A program made the position numbers and the translations under genes. DNA of 44,966 nt from an uncultured Deinococcaceae bacterium (GTDB lineage: Bacteria > Deinococcota > Deinococci > Deinococcales > Deinococcaceae): the NCBI GenBank assembly GCA_964252075.1, contig CAXULY010000044.1, forward strand, positions 1 to 44,966, given 5' to 3'. Positions 11,498-22,831 of the stretch are shown here, one piece after another (within the stretch, counting starts at the first letter, position 1; each line of letters begins with the position of its first letter). Under the pieces are notes generated by a model. The model was not told the DNA's origin. It did not search any database and worked only from the letters and a program-made list of their open reading frames with translations.

Positions 11498-12136
11498 TCA
11501 GCGCTCGCCCGTCACCCAGTACCGCACGCGCTCCGCGACGTTCTCCATGTGATCCCCGATGCGCTCCAAGCTGCGCCCCACCCGCATGAGGGACAGCGAC
11601 TTGCTGATGGTGCGGGGGTCCTCCAGCATGTACGTCACGAGTTCCCGCTGGATCTGGTCGTACAGGGCGTCCACCTCGTCGTCCATCTGCAAGGTGAGGT
11701 TCGCGAGGTCCACGTCGCGTTTCTGCAGGGTGCGGCGCAGGCTCTCCGCCATCTCGGAGAGCCGCTCCACCATGCGGCCCAGGTTCACGTACTTCTTCAG
11801 CGCGGGGCTCTGCGCAAGCTCCACGCCGTCCTCCGCGACGTGCACGCAGTAATCGCCCATGCGCTCGATGTCCGTGAGGCTCTTGAGGATCAGCGCGATG
11901 AAGCGCAGGTCGCGCGCGACGGGCGCCTGCTGCGCGATGACGCGCAGGCAATCCGCTTCCAGGCGCGCCTCGGCGTCGTCCACTTCACGGTCCAGGGCGC
12001 GCAGCTCATCGAGGCGGTCCACGTCCTGCTCGACCAGCACCGCGCCCGCCACCGGCAGCATGCGTTCGACCGTGCCGAGCATGCCGAGCGTGCCGTCCAG
12101 CAGGCCCTGAAGCTCTTGGTTGAAGGCGTTTCGCAT
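11498..12136 (-). CDS. phoU: Phosphate signalling complex protein PhoU
   Basis: PVARDLR, DIERMGD, DDEVD and SLERIGDHMEN repeats; AAGGAG RBS. Confidence 0.95.
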   Translation of the reverse strand: MRNAFNQELQGLLDGTLGMLGTVERMLPVAGAVLVEQDVDRLDELRALDREVDDAEARLEADCLRVIAQQAPVARDLRFIALILKSLTDIERMGDYCVHVAEDGVELAQSPALKKYVNLGRMVERLSEMAESLRRTLQKRDVDLANLTLQMDDEVDALYDQIQRELVTYMLEDPRTISKSLSLMRVGRSLERIGDHMENVAERVRYWVTGER

Positions 12137-12186
12137 GTGTCTCCTTGCCCGCAAGGGGCTGAATGAATCGGTGCCGGGCGCGGCCC

Positions 12187-13119
12187 TCAGGTCGCGCCCG
12201 GCACCGTGAAGCAAAAGGCGTTCTGGTCCCCCTGGCGTTCGGCCCAGGCGCGCCCCCCCCAGCCCTGCACCACCGAACGTACGATGTACAGCCCCATGCC
12301 GCTGCCGTTGCCGCTGGCACCCTCGCCACGCTTGTGCGCCGCGAAGATGCCCTCGGTGTCCGCGAGGGGCGCGCCCGCGTCCAGCACCGCGACCTCCACC
12401 CACTCCCCGTCCGGGCGGGAGCGCAGGCGCACCGCGCCGGGGCGCGGGCCGTACCGCACGGCGTTCTCGATGAGGTTCAGCAGCACCTGCAGCAGCTTGT
12501 CCGGGTCCACGCGCAGCAGCGCGTCCTCCGGCGGCACGAGGCGCACGCCGCTCGCGCCGAGTTCCGCCGCCAGCAGGCGCTCGGCGCGCGCCACCACCTC
12601 TGACAGCGGCAGGGTGCGCGCGCGCGTGGGCCGGAAGCCCACCGCGAGGTCCTCCACGAGGCGCGAGAGGCGCTCGGTCTCCGCGAGGCCCTGCTGCACG
12701 AAGGACAGCTGCTGCTCGGGCGTCATCTGGTACTCCAGCGCCTCCAGCACGCCCCGCAACCCCGCGACGGGCGTGCGGAACTCGTGCGAGAGGATCGCGG
12801 CGGCCTCACGCAGCTCCGCCTCGCGCCGCCGCGCGGCGGTCACGTCCTCCACGATCAGGGCGCCCGGCACCGCGCGGCAGCACAGCACGCGCCCCGCGAA
12901 CTCCAGCTCCAGGTTCCCGCCCGTCAGGGCCAGCTGCTCCAGCGTGTGGCGGCGCAGCACCTCCATCAGCGTGCGGCCGCGCGCGCGGTCGTCCGCGACG
13001 CCCAGCAGCGCCTCCGCGGCGGCATTCAGGTGCGTGACGCGATCCGCCTCGAACAGCACCACCGCCTGCGGCAGGGCGTCCATCCAGTCGGTGCCCGCGC
13101 GCGCGCCCGCCCCGGTCAC
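12187..13119 (-). CDS. phoR: PhoR-like sensor histidine kinase without TM segments
   Basis: PAS-like N-terminus, SHEFRTP, NLIENAVRY, GSGMGL; GTGA overlap with the phoB stop; located between phoB and phoU. Confidence 0.85.
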   Translation of the reverse strand: MTGAGARAGTDWMDALPQAVVLFEADRVTHLNAAAEALLGVADDRARGRTLMEVLRRHTLEQLALTGGNLELEFAGRVLCCRAVPGALIVEDVTAARRREAELREAAAILSHEFRTPVAGLRGVLEALEYQMTPEQQLSFVQQGLAETERLSRLVEDLAVGFRPTRARTLPLSEVVARAERLLAAELGASGVRLVPPEDALLRVDPDKLLQVLLNLIENAVRYGPRPGAVRLRSRPDGEWVEVAVLDAGAPLADTEGIFAAHKRGEGASGNGSGMGLYIVRSVVQGWGGRAWAERQGDQNAFCFTVPGAT

Positions 13120-13802
13120 GAACCGGTCAGGGCGCGCATGCGGTAGCCCTTGCCGCGCACGGTCTCCAGGAAGCGCGGCTGCTGCGGGTCCTCCAGCAGG
13201 TGCGCGCGCAGCTGCGTGACGTGCTGATCCACGGTGCGCTCGCCCCCCAGGAAGTCCGCGCCCCACACGCGGTCCAGCAGCTCGGCGCGCCCGTACACGC
13301 GCCCCGCGTGCTGCACCAGGAACGCCAGCAGGTCGAACTCCCGGCGCGTGAGGTTCAGGGGCCGCCCATCCAGGCTGGCCTGCGCGGCGGACAGGTCCAC
13401 CGTGAGGGGGCCGTTCACGAGCATGGGGCGCGTCTCCGGCTGGCTGCGGCGCAGCAGGGCCCGCACGCGCGCCACGAGCTCCGCCGCGCTGAAGGGCTTG
13501 GTGAGGTAATCGTCCGCGCCGGACTCCAGGCCCTCCACGCGCTCCGCCTCCGCGGCGCGCGCGGTGAGCATCAGGACCGGGAGTTTCTTGAGTGCGGGGT
13601 CCGCGCGCACCCGCCGCAGGAAGCCCAGGCCGGACTCGCCGGGCAGCATCCAGTCGAGCACCAGCAGGTCCGAGCCGTCCAGAAGGCCGAGTGCTGAGCT
13701 GGCGGACTCAAAGGCCGAAACCTTCAGGCCCGCGCGTTCCAGGTGAAAGCGCACGACATCGCGCACCGTCGCTTCATCCTCCACCACCACCACGTGGTTC
13801 AT
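13116..13802 (-). CDS. phoB: OmpR-family response regulator PhoB
   Basis: LVLDWMLPG, GADDYLTKPFS and ERTVDQH..LR..ETVRGKGY motifs; phoR-phoU context. Confidence 0.9.
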   Translation of the reverse strand: MNHVVVVEDEATVRDVVRFHLERAGLKVSAFESASSALGLLDGSDLLVLDWMLPGESGLGFLRRVRADPALKKLPVLMLTARAAEAERVEGLESGADDYLTKPFSAAELVARVRALLRRSQPETRPMLVNGPLTVDLSAAQASLDGRPLNLTRREFDLLAFLVQHAGRVYGRAELLDRVWGADFLGGERTVDQHVTQLRAHLLEDPQQPRFLETVRGKGYRMRALTGS

Positions 13803-13811
13803 CCCCTCTAT

Positions 13812-13851
13812 TCTTCAGGGCGAGGTCAGGGGAGTGTCAGCGCGACCTTAC
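13812..13851 (-). promoter_or_regulatory. Candidate Pho box: 11-bp-periodic direct repeats upstream of phoB
   Basis: Minus strand reads GTAAggtcgcg-CTGAcactccc-CTGAcctcgcc-CTGAagaatag; cores at 13848, 13837, 13826 and 13815. Confidence 0.55.
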
Positions 13852-13918
13852 GATCGCGCGACAGAGGAGCGGGAACCGAGGCGCGCCAGGCCGGCGGACG
13901 CGCCGCCCAGCCCGCGCC

Positions 13919-15004
13919 TCACTCGAAGAACTTCAGGCTGAAGCCCGTGTCGCTCGTCGCGCCCGGCACGTTGCTGCGCGTGTACGTGGTGTTCCCCCAC
14001 CACATGAAGGTCCCCGAGTACCAGATACGGTTACCCCACGAGTACGTGGTGCCCTTCGGCACGGCGTGGTACATCAGCGGGAAGCGCGACCCGGCGGGCG
14101 GGCTCGTCCCGATGTCACCGTTCAGCAGCACGAAACTGTGGTGCCCCGGCCCGTTCACGTACAGCGTGGGGTCCCAGCCCGCCATGAGGGTGCCGCGGTT
14201 CGAGCCGAACAGGCAGCCGTTCGACTTGTACCAGTCCCATACGTAGGTGGGGTCGCCGCCCGCGCGCAGGCGCAGGTCCGCGAGGCAGTACTGGTCACTC
14301 CAGCTGCCGTTCGCGGAGTACACGATGTGCAGCTGCCCGTTCGGGTCCCGGATGGCCTCCGGCCCCTCGTTGATGAAGGGGTTCCCCACCACGCGCTCCC
14401 ACGACTCGCGCGGCTGCGAGATCACGAAGCGCGCCCCGGTGGTCGCGGTGGGGCCGCTCATGCGCGCGATGTACAGGTTCTGCTCCACGTTCGTGTCGCC
14501 CGCCCAGCCGGACCACACGAAGTACCGCTGCCCCCCGAAGGTGAGGGCCGTGCCGTCAATCGCCCACTTGTCGTCCGGCAGCACCATCCGCTGCGGCGCG
14601 CCGTACCCGCTGCCGGGACTCGCGGAATCCGAGACGTACATGCGCTGTCCACTCCCGCCATCGCCGGACGCGAAGTACACGTAGTACCGTCCTGTGCCGG
14701 GGTCACGGATCAGCTCGGGCGCCCAGACATTCGGCATGTTGCGCGGGCTGGACCAGATGAGCGTGCGCGCGGCGCTGCCCAGGCCATCCACGCTGCTCGC
14801 CGCGCGCGAGTAGATGTTGTTCCCATCGGACTCCACGGAGTAGTACGTGCTGTTCACCCGGATGACGCTGGGGTCCGCGTTGCGGATGCTGCTCTGCCCC
14901 TGGCTGCTCAGTGTCCCTGTGCCCGGCGTGGCAGGCTGCTGGGCGCAGGCGGAGAGGGCGAAGGCGACGGTGAGGCCGACGAGCAGTGAACGGAGCTGAA
15001 ACAT
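13919..15004 (-). CDS. Glycoside hydrolase family 43 lipoprotein (arabinofuranosidase/xylosidase-like)
   Basis: Lipobox LSAC; ADPSV, VWAPEL, WAIDGT, INEGP and GPGHHSF GH43 motifs. Confidence 0.88.
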   Translation of the reverse strand: MFQLRSLLVGLTVAFALSACAQQPATPGTGTLSSQGQSSIRNADPSVIRVNSTYYSVESDGNNIYSRAASSVDGLGSAARTLIWSSPRNMPNVWAPELIRDPGTGRYYVYFASGDGGSGQRMYVSDSASPGSGYGAPQRMVLPDDKWAIDGTALTFGGQRYFVWSGWAGDTNVEQNLYIARMSGPTATTGARFVISQPRESWERVVGNPFINEGPEAIRDPNGQLHIVYSANGSWSDQYCLADLRLRAGGDPTYVWDWYKSNGCLFGSNRGTLMAGWDPTLYVNGPGHHSFVLLNGDIGTSPPAGSRFPLMYHAVPKGTTYSWGNRIWYSGTFMWWGNTTYTRSNVPGATSDTGFSLKFFE

Positions 15005-15089
15005 GATCGCCCTTCCGACCGGACGGACGTGACTCCGGTCCTTACGCGGGTTACGAAACCTTCTCTTTTTTCAAATGACTGGTGTGGCC

Positions 15090-15119
15090 ATTGTAGGGAA
15101 GGGCCCCGGCCAGAATCAA
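15090..15119 (-). promoter_or_regulatory. Sigma70-type promoter of the GH43 gene
   Basis: TTGATT-N18-TACAAT on the minus strand. Confidence 0.55.
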
Positions 15120-15221
15120 GGCGGACGCGTAGGTGGCCTGCAGGTGTCCCCTCGCGTAATTCCACGTGCAGCACGGGTCGCAAGTCCAAGAACCGACGTA
15201 TGGTTGGCGTCACCGCTCTAG

Positions 15222-15262
15222 AAAACATGAAGGTGCAGGCGGAATACTCCGCCCGCACCTTC
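15222..15262 (-). terminator. Terminator after the VWA gene
   Basis: GAAGGTGCGGGCGGA-gtat-TCCGCCTGCACCTTC followed by ATGTTTT on the minus strand. Confidence 0.7.
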
Positions 15263-15271
15263 CTCGCTTCC

Positions 15272-16489
<1,218 letters not shown>

Positions 16490-16554
16490 ACGTTCTCCTC
16501 AAGCGGGTGCGGGTGGGGTGGGTGCGCCCCACCCCCGTGCGCGCCGCCCTTCCC

Positions 16555-17994
<1,440 letters not shown>

Positions 17995-18195
17995 GTTTCC
18001 TCCGGGGAAAAGGGGCGGGACTTGCCACGCCGCGGGGTGTCAAAGGGATGTAAAACAGGTGAAAACCACGGCGGAATCGCTAAAAAAACGCTATCACGCG
18101 CCCAAAGGGCCTGACTGTGGTGTGGGCGGGACTGCCGGGCGGCCAAAAGCGCGCCAGCCCGCAGTGACGCGGGCTGGCAAGGCGCGCAGGGCGCG

Positions 18196-18678
18196 TTACT
18201 CGCTGTCGTGCTCGTCGCCGTCGCCATGCACGTGGCCGTGCTCCAGCTCCTCGGGCGTGGCGTCGCGCACGGCCTTCACGGTCACCTGGAAATCCAGGGT
18301 CTCGCCGGCGAGCGGTGGGTTGAAGTCCACCGTCACCTCGCTGCCGTCCACCGACACGACCGTGAAGGGCGTGACGGAGCCGTCCTCGCTCTGCGCGAAG
18401 TACTGCGCGCCGATTTCCACGTCGTCCTCGAAGTCCTCGCGGGGGAGGGTCTGCACGTTGTCCTCGTCGCGCTCGCCGTACCCGTCCTCGGGCTGCACGG
18501 TGACGGAGAGGCTGTCGCCAGGTTCACGGCCTTCCAGGGCGCGTTCCAGGCCGGGGATGATGTTGTTGTGGCCCTGCAGGTAGCTCAGGGGCTCGCCGGG
18601 TTCGCTCTGGTCCACGATCTCGCCGTCCACGCGCAGGGTGTACTCGATGTCCACAACTTTGTCCTGGGTGATTTTCAT
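18196..18678 (-). CDS. slyD: FKBP-type peptidyl-prolyl isomerase SlyD
   Basis: IIPGLERAL, DGYGE, VDFNPPLAGETL, ATPEELEHGH and a His-rich tail; CAGGAG RBS. Confidence 0.93.
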   Translation of the reverse strand: MKITQDKVVDIEYTLRVDGEIVDQSEPGEPLSYLQGHNNIIPGLERALEGREPGDSLSVTVQPEDGYGERDEDNVQTLPREDFEDDVEIGAQYFAQSEDGSVTPFTVVSVDGSEVTVDFNPPLAGETLDFQVTVKAVRDATPEELEHGHVHGDGDEHDSE

Positions 18679-18939
18679 GGCTGTCTCCTGTCCCACAGCG
18701 TTTGGGAATGAACCGCTCGGCTCTCGCGGGGGCTTCACAGGGAAGTCTACAGGAGGGGCGGCCTCACGCGTCCACCCCGCAGCTGTGAAGCGTTGATTCA
18801 CCCTCTGCGCCCAGGCCCCCACCGTGCGCCGAGCGCGCTATACTGAAACGCTTAGGCTCCGCGGCAGTCGCGGAGCGGCCCAGAACGGCGCGCACGGCGC
18901 TGACTCCCCGTGACGCGGCACCGAAAAGGAGTCCTGAAC

Positions 18940-20268
18940 ATGCAAAAAGTAGCGATTGTCGGACGGCCCAACGTGGGCAAGTCCAGTCTCTTCAACCGTC
19001 TGGTCGGGCGGCGCGACGCCGTCGTGGCCGACCTGCCCGGCGTGACGCGCGACGTGAAAGAAGGCGTCATGCTGTGGGAGAACCACCGCCTGATCCTCAT
19101 GGACACCGGCGGCCTGTGGAGCGGCGACGAGTGGGAAGCGCCCATCCGCGAGAAGGCCGAGATGGCCATTGACGACGCCCTCGCCGTGATGTTCGTGCTC
19201 GACCCGCGCGCGGACCTCTCCGCCGCCGACTACGAGGTTGCCGAGTGGCTGCGCCGCCTGGGCAAGCCCGTCGTGATCGCCGCGAACAAGATCGACAGCC
19301 CCAAGCACGAGCCGTACCTCGCGGAACTGTGGGGCCTGGGCTTCGGTGAGCCCGTGCCGATCAGCGCGGAGCACGCGCGCGGCCTCGACACCCTCATGGA
19401 GCGCGTGCTGGAACTCCTCCCCGAGGACACCGAGGACGTCCCGGAAGTCGCGCCCATCCGCATCTCGCTGATCGGGCGCCCGAACGTCGGGAAGTCCAGC
19501 CTGCTGAACGCCATCACCGGCACGGACCGCGTGATCGTCGCGGACCAGCCGGGCACCACGCGCGACAGCGTGGACGTGGAGTTCGACTTCGCCGGGCAGC
19601 GCTTCGTGCTGGTGGACACCGCCGGCATCCGCAAGCGCCCGGACACCGCCGTCGAGGACTACGCCATCCAGCGCTCCAAGACCGCCATCGAGCGCAGCGA
19701 CATCATCTGGCTGGTCGTGAACGCCAACGAGATCGGCGATCACGAACTCAAACTCGCGAACCTCGCGTACGACAGCGGCAAGCCCGTGATCGTCGTGGTG
19801 AACAAGTGGGACCTCGTGCCGGACGAGGAACTCAAGCGCACCACCAAGGAACTCGAGCACAAGCTCGCGCACATCTCCTTCGCGCCGCGCGTGTACACCA
19901 GCGCCATCAACGAGTACGGGGTGCACGACATGCTCGCGGAAGCCATGAAGCTCTACGCGAAGTGGCAGAGCCGCCTGCCGACCAGCGAACTGAACCGCTG
20001 GCTGGAGGTGTGGCAGGTGCGCGGGCGCGTCCCGAACTTCCAGGGCAAGCCCCTGAAGATGTACTTCATGACGCAGGCGGAGACGGCGCCCCCCACCTTC
20101 GTGATCTTCTGCAACCGCCAGGATTACGTGACGCGCTCCTTCGAGAACTACCTGCACAACCGCATCCGCGAGGACCTCGACCTGGCGGGCGTGCCCGTGA
20201 AGATCGTGTGGAAGGAGAAAGGCCCCTACAAGGGCCGCGGCGCGAAGAAGGAAAACGCCGAAGCTTAA
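18940..20268 (+). CDS. der: Ribosome biogenesis GTPase Der (EngA)
   Basis: Two GRPNVGKSS P-loops, DTGG/DTAG, NKID/NKWD, C-terminal PPTF KH-like domain. Confidence 0.97.
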   Translation: MQKVAIVGRPNVGKSSLFNRLVGRRDAVVADLPGVTRDVKEGVMLWENHRLILMDTGGLWSGDEWEAPIREKAEMAIDDALAVMFVLDPRADLSAADYEVAEWLRRLGKPVVIAANKIDSPKHEPYLAELWGLGFGEPVPISAEHARGLDTLMERVLELLPEDTEDVPEVAPIRISLIGRPNVGKSSLLNAITGTDRVIVADQPGTTRDSVDVEFDFAGQRFVLVDTAGIRKRPDTAVEDYAIQRSKTAIERSDIIWLVVNANEIGDHELKLANLAYDSGKPVIVVVNKWDLVPDEELKRTTKELEHKLAHISFAPRVYTSAINEYGVHDMLAEAMKLYAKWQSRLPTSELNRWLEVWQVRGRVPNFQGKPLKMYFMTQAETAPPTFVIFCNRQDYVTRSFENYLHNRIREDLDLAGVPVKIVWKEKGPYKGRGAKKENAEA

Positions 20269-20280
20269 GGCCAGACCGCG

Positions 20281-20312
20281 GGCGGGCCGGGTGGAGTTCC
20301 ACCCGGCCCGCC
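20281..20312 (+). terminator. GC-rich stem-loop after der
   Basis: GGCGGGCCGGGTGGA-gt-TCCACCCGGCCCGCC; weak U-tail. Confidence 0.5.
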
Positions 20313-20536
20313 TCCCTGTGCACCCGGTCTGCAGTCATCCAGCCTTCAGGGGGCGGAGAGTGTCGTGCCCGTGCCGGGACCGGGCGGCCACTTCCGCTTT
20401 CCCCGGGTGCCGTAGGGCGGCTGGGACCTTCGGGGGCTCGCGGCGCACTGGGCCTATTTGCCCATGTGCCGTCCGTGGTCGCGCGCTGTAGCATGAGGCC
20501 CATGTGGGCGCGGGGCGTGAACGTGAACGGGGCGGC

Positions 20537-21115
20537 ATGACGGACGCCCCGTCCGAGACGCTCTCCGCGCAGGAACTCCGCCCGCTCATCACGGGCGACG
20601 AGGCGAGCTGGCAGGCCTTCATCGAGGCGTACGAGCGGCGCATCTACAGTTACCTGTACCGCCTGGAGGGCCACGAGGCGGACGCGCTCGACCTCACGCA
20701 GGAGGTCTTCTACCGCGCGTGGAGGAGCATCAAGACCTTCAGGGCGGGCGAGCGGGTCCTGCCGTGGCTCTTCCAGATCGCGCGCAACACGCAGATCGAA
20801 CGCCACCGCCGCAAGCAGCTGCCGCGCTTCTCCATCGAGGAGGCGCAGGACGACGTGGGGTTCGAGGTGCCCACCGAGGCGCGCGGCCCCGTGCAGCAGG
20901 CGGAGCTGAACGAGAGCGCCGAGGCGGTGCAGCGCGCGCTGCTGCGCCTCCCCGACGATTACCGCGAGGCGGTCGTGCTGCGCTTCGTGGAGGACCTGCC
21001 GTACGAGGAGATCGCCCAGATTCAGGGCGTGGCGGTCGGCACCGCCAAGAGCCGCGTGTTCCGCGCGAAGGAGCAGCTCGCGGCCCTGCTCGCGCGTGAA
21101 ATCGAAGTGGATTAG
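20537..21115 (+). CDS. ECF RNA polymerase sigma factor
   Basis: Region 2 DALDLTQEVF, WLFQIARN; region 4 LPDDYREAVVLR, YEEIA, GTAKSRVFRAK. Confidence 0.92.
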   Translation: MTDAPSETLSAQELRPLITGDEASWQAFIEAYERRIYSYLYRLEGHEADALDLTQEVFYRAWRSIKTFRAGERVLPWLFQIARNTQIERHRRKQLPRFSIEEAQDDVGFEVPTEARGPVQQAELNESAEAVQRALLRLPDDYREAVVLRFVEDLPYEEIAQIQGVAVGTAKSRVFRAKEQLAALLAREIEVD

Positions 21116-21168
21116 CGTCTGTCGTGCGCCCCTGTCTATGCACGTCATCCGAAAGGAGGACGCGCGCG

Positions 21169-21196
21169 GGAAACTTTCGTCGGTCAGGCCGCGTAA
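21169..21196 (+). promoter_or_regulatory. ECF-type promoter upstream of the putative anti-sigma gene
   Basis: GGAAAC-N17-CGTAA, followed by GGGAGG RBS and GTG 21222. Confidence 0.55.
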
Positions 21197-21221
21197 CGCC
21201 TGACAGGATCGGGAGGCCACT

Positions 21222-22661
21222 GTGGACGAGACCAGACGTGAGTTGCTGCACGAGGCGCTGGAGGGGAACCCCGGCGCCCAGTCGCGTCTGGCACCCCTGC
21301 TGACCGACCCCGAGCTGCAGGTCACGCACGAGCGTCTGGCGCGCGTCCAGGTGGCCCTGACGGGGCTGCCCGCCACCCGCGCGCCCGTGAGCGTGGCGCC
21401 TGCCGTGCTGGCCGACATCCGCGCCGCCCGCGCGCTGGGCGCCCTGACCGCGCCGCCCATGCCGCAGGGTGTGGCGTCGCGCGTCGCGGCGCGCATCGCG
21501 GAGGACGCGCACCCCGAGGTCAGCGCGGCCCTGCGGGCCCTCCCGCGCCCCGCGCCGCCCCCGCAACTCGCGGTGCAGCTCAGCGCGCGCATCGGGCGCG
21601 AGGCGCGGCGGAACCCCGCGCCGCTCGTGCTGGTGGCGCTGCTGCTGGCATCGCTCGCCGCGCTGTCCGTGAACGAGGCGTGGCCGAACCTCCGGGCGAG
21701 CGCCGTCGCGGTGCGCGCCATCATGGCGCAGCTCTCCCCGCTGGTGTTCGTGGGGTTCACGCTGCTGCTCATCGTGAGTGCCGTGCTAAGCGTGCGCCCG
21801 CCCCGCCGCGCGGCGGGGCAGTGGGGCGGCGCGCTGGCGTTCGGGCTGAGCGCGCTGCTGGTGCTGCCGGGCCTCTCGCACCTCTTCGGCATCTCCGGTG
21901 GCGAGAACCGCGTGCGGGTCGGCGGGAACGTGCAGGTGAGCGGCCGCGTGCCCGGCAACGTGATCGCGCTGGGTGGCGACGTGGTCCTCTCGCCCGGCGC
22001 GCGGGTGGGCGGCGAGGTGATCGCCTTCCTGGGTGACGTGCAGCGCGAACCGGGCGCGCGCGTGCGGGGCACCACCAGCGCCCTGCTGGGCCGCGTCGTG
22101 GCGGACGGTGGCGGGGGCGTGACGGTGCAGACACAGCCGGTGAGCGCGCTCGGCACGGCGAGCGCCTTCCTGCCGCTCCTGCACCTCGTGGGGGGCGCCG
22201 CTTGGCCGCGCGTGTACGTCGCGCTGCTGCTCGCCCTCACGCTGCTGCTGTTCCTGAGTGGCGCCGCGGGGCAACTCGCGCAGCGCCAGCGGCACCACCC
22301 GCTGCGCACGCTGGCGCTCGGCACACTGGTGTTCGGGCCGCTCGCGGCGGTGCTGCTGCTGCTCGCCCTCGGCGGTTTGCTGGCGCCGACCGCCGCGGGC
22401 AGTCTGGTCGTGCTGCTGGCCTTCAGCGTGGGGCTGGCCGTCAGCCTGCTGGACGCGGGCCGCTGGGTGGCGCGGCAGCTGCACCTGCCGTCCCCGGACG
22501 CGGTGGGCGCGGCGCTGGGCCTCACGGCCTTCGGGGTGAGCCTGGAGTGGGCGCCCCTCGCCCTCACGCTGTGGCTGGTGGGCGGCGTGTGGGGCGCCGG
22601 CACGCTGCTCCTCAGCCGCGCCTGGGAGCGCCCCGCGCGCGCCCTGGGTCACCCGGGCTGA
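21222..22661 (+). CDS. Putative anti-sigma factor: helical N-terminus, bactofilin-like beta-helix, multiple TM helices
   Basis: Directly follows the ECF sigma gene; GGNVQVSGRVPGNVIALGGDV..GARVGGEVIAFLGDV repeats; many hydrophobic helices. Confidence 0.7.
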   Translation: MDETRRELLHEALEGNPGAQSRLAPLLTDPELQVTHERLARVQVALTGLPATRAPVSVAPAVLADIRAARALGALTAPPMPQGVASRVAARIAEDAHPEVSAALRALPRPAPPPQLAVQLSARIGREARRNPAPLVLVALLLASLAALSVNEAWPNLRASAVAVRAIMAQLSPLVFVGFTLLLIVSAVLSVRPPRRAAGQWGGALAFGLSALLVLPGLSHLFGISGGENRVRVGGNVQVSGRVPGNVIALGGDVVLSPGARVGGEVIAFLGDVQREPGARVRGTTSALLGRVVADGGGGVTVQTQPVSALGTASAFLPLLHLVGGAAWPRVYVALLLALTLLLFLSGAAGQLAQRQRHHPLRTLALGTLVFGPLAAVLLLLALGGLLAPTAAGSLVVLLAFSVGLAVSLLDAGRWVARQLHLPSPDAVGAALGLTAFGVSLEWAPLALTLWLVGGVWGAGTLLLSRAWERPARALGHPG

Positions 22662-22690
22662 ACGAGCCGGGCGGGGCGCCGCGCCCCCGG

Positions 22691-22825
22691 TCAGGGACAG
22701 AAGTGGCCCTGCCGCACGCCATGCAGCGTGCGCGCCGCGACCAGCGCCCACAGCAGCGTCAGCAGCACGGTGAGGCCCAGCGCCACGCCCGTGAAGAACG
22801 GCAGGTGCGTGAGGCGCGCGACGAC
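22691..22825 (-). pseudogene. C-terminal remnant of a TDT (SLAC1/TehA-like) transporter
   Basis: VVARLTHLPFFTGVALGLTVLLTLLWALVAARTLHGVRQGHFCP* resembles the last TM helix of TDT proteins; no start codon. Confidence 0.55.
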
Positions 22826-22831
22826 CGGCGG

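Noticed and set aside
20066..22603. Very long antisense or alternative-frame ORFs (845 aa here; also 29602-31773, 39244-41646, 24936-26771)
   Set aside because: Expected in high-GC DNA opposite real genes; rich in R/A/G/P with no domains.
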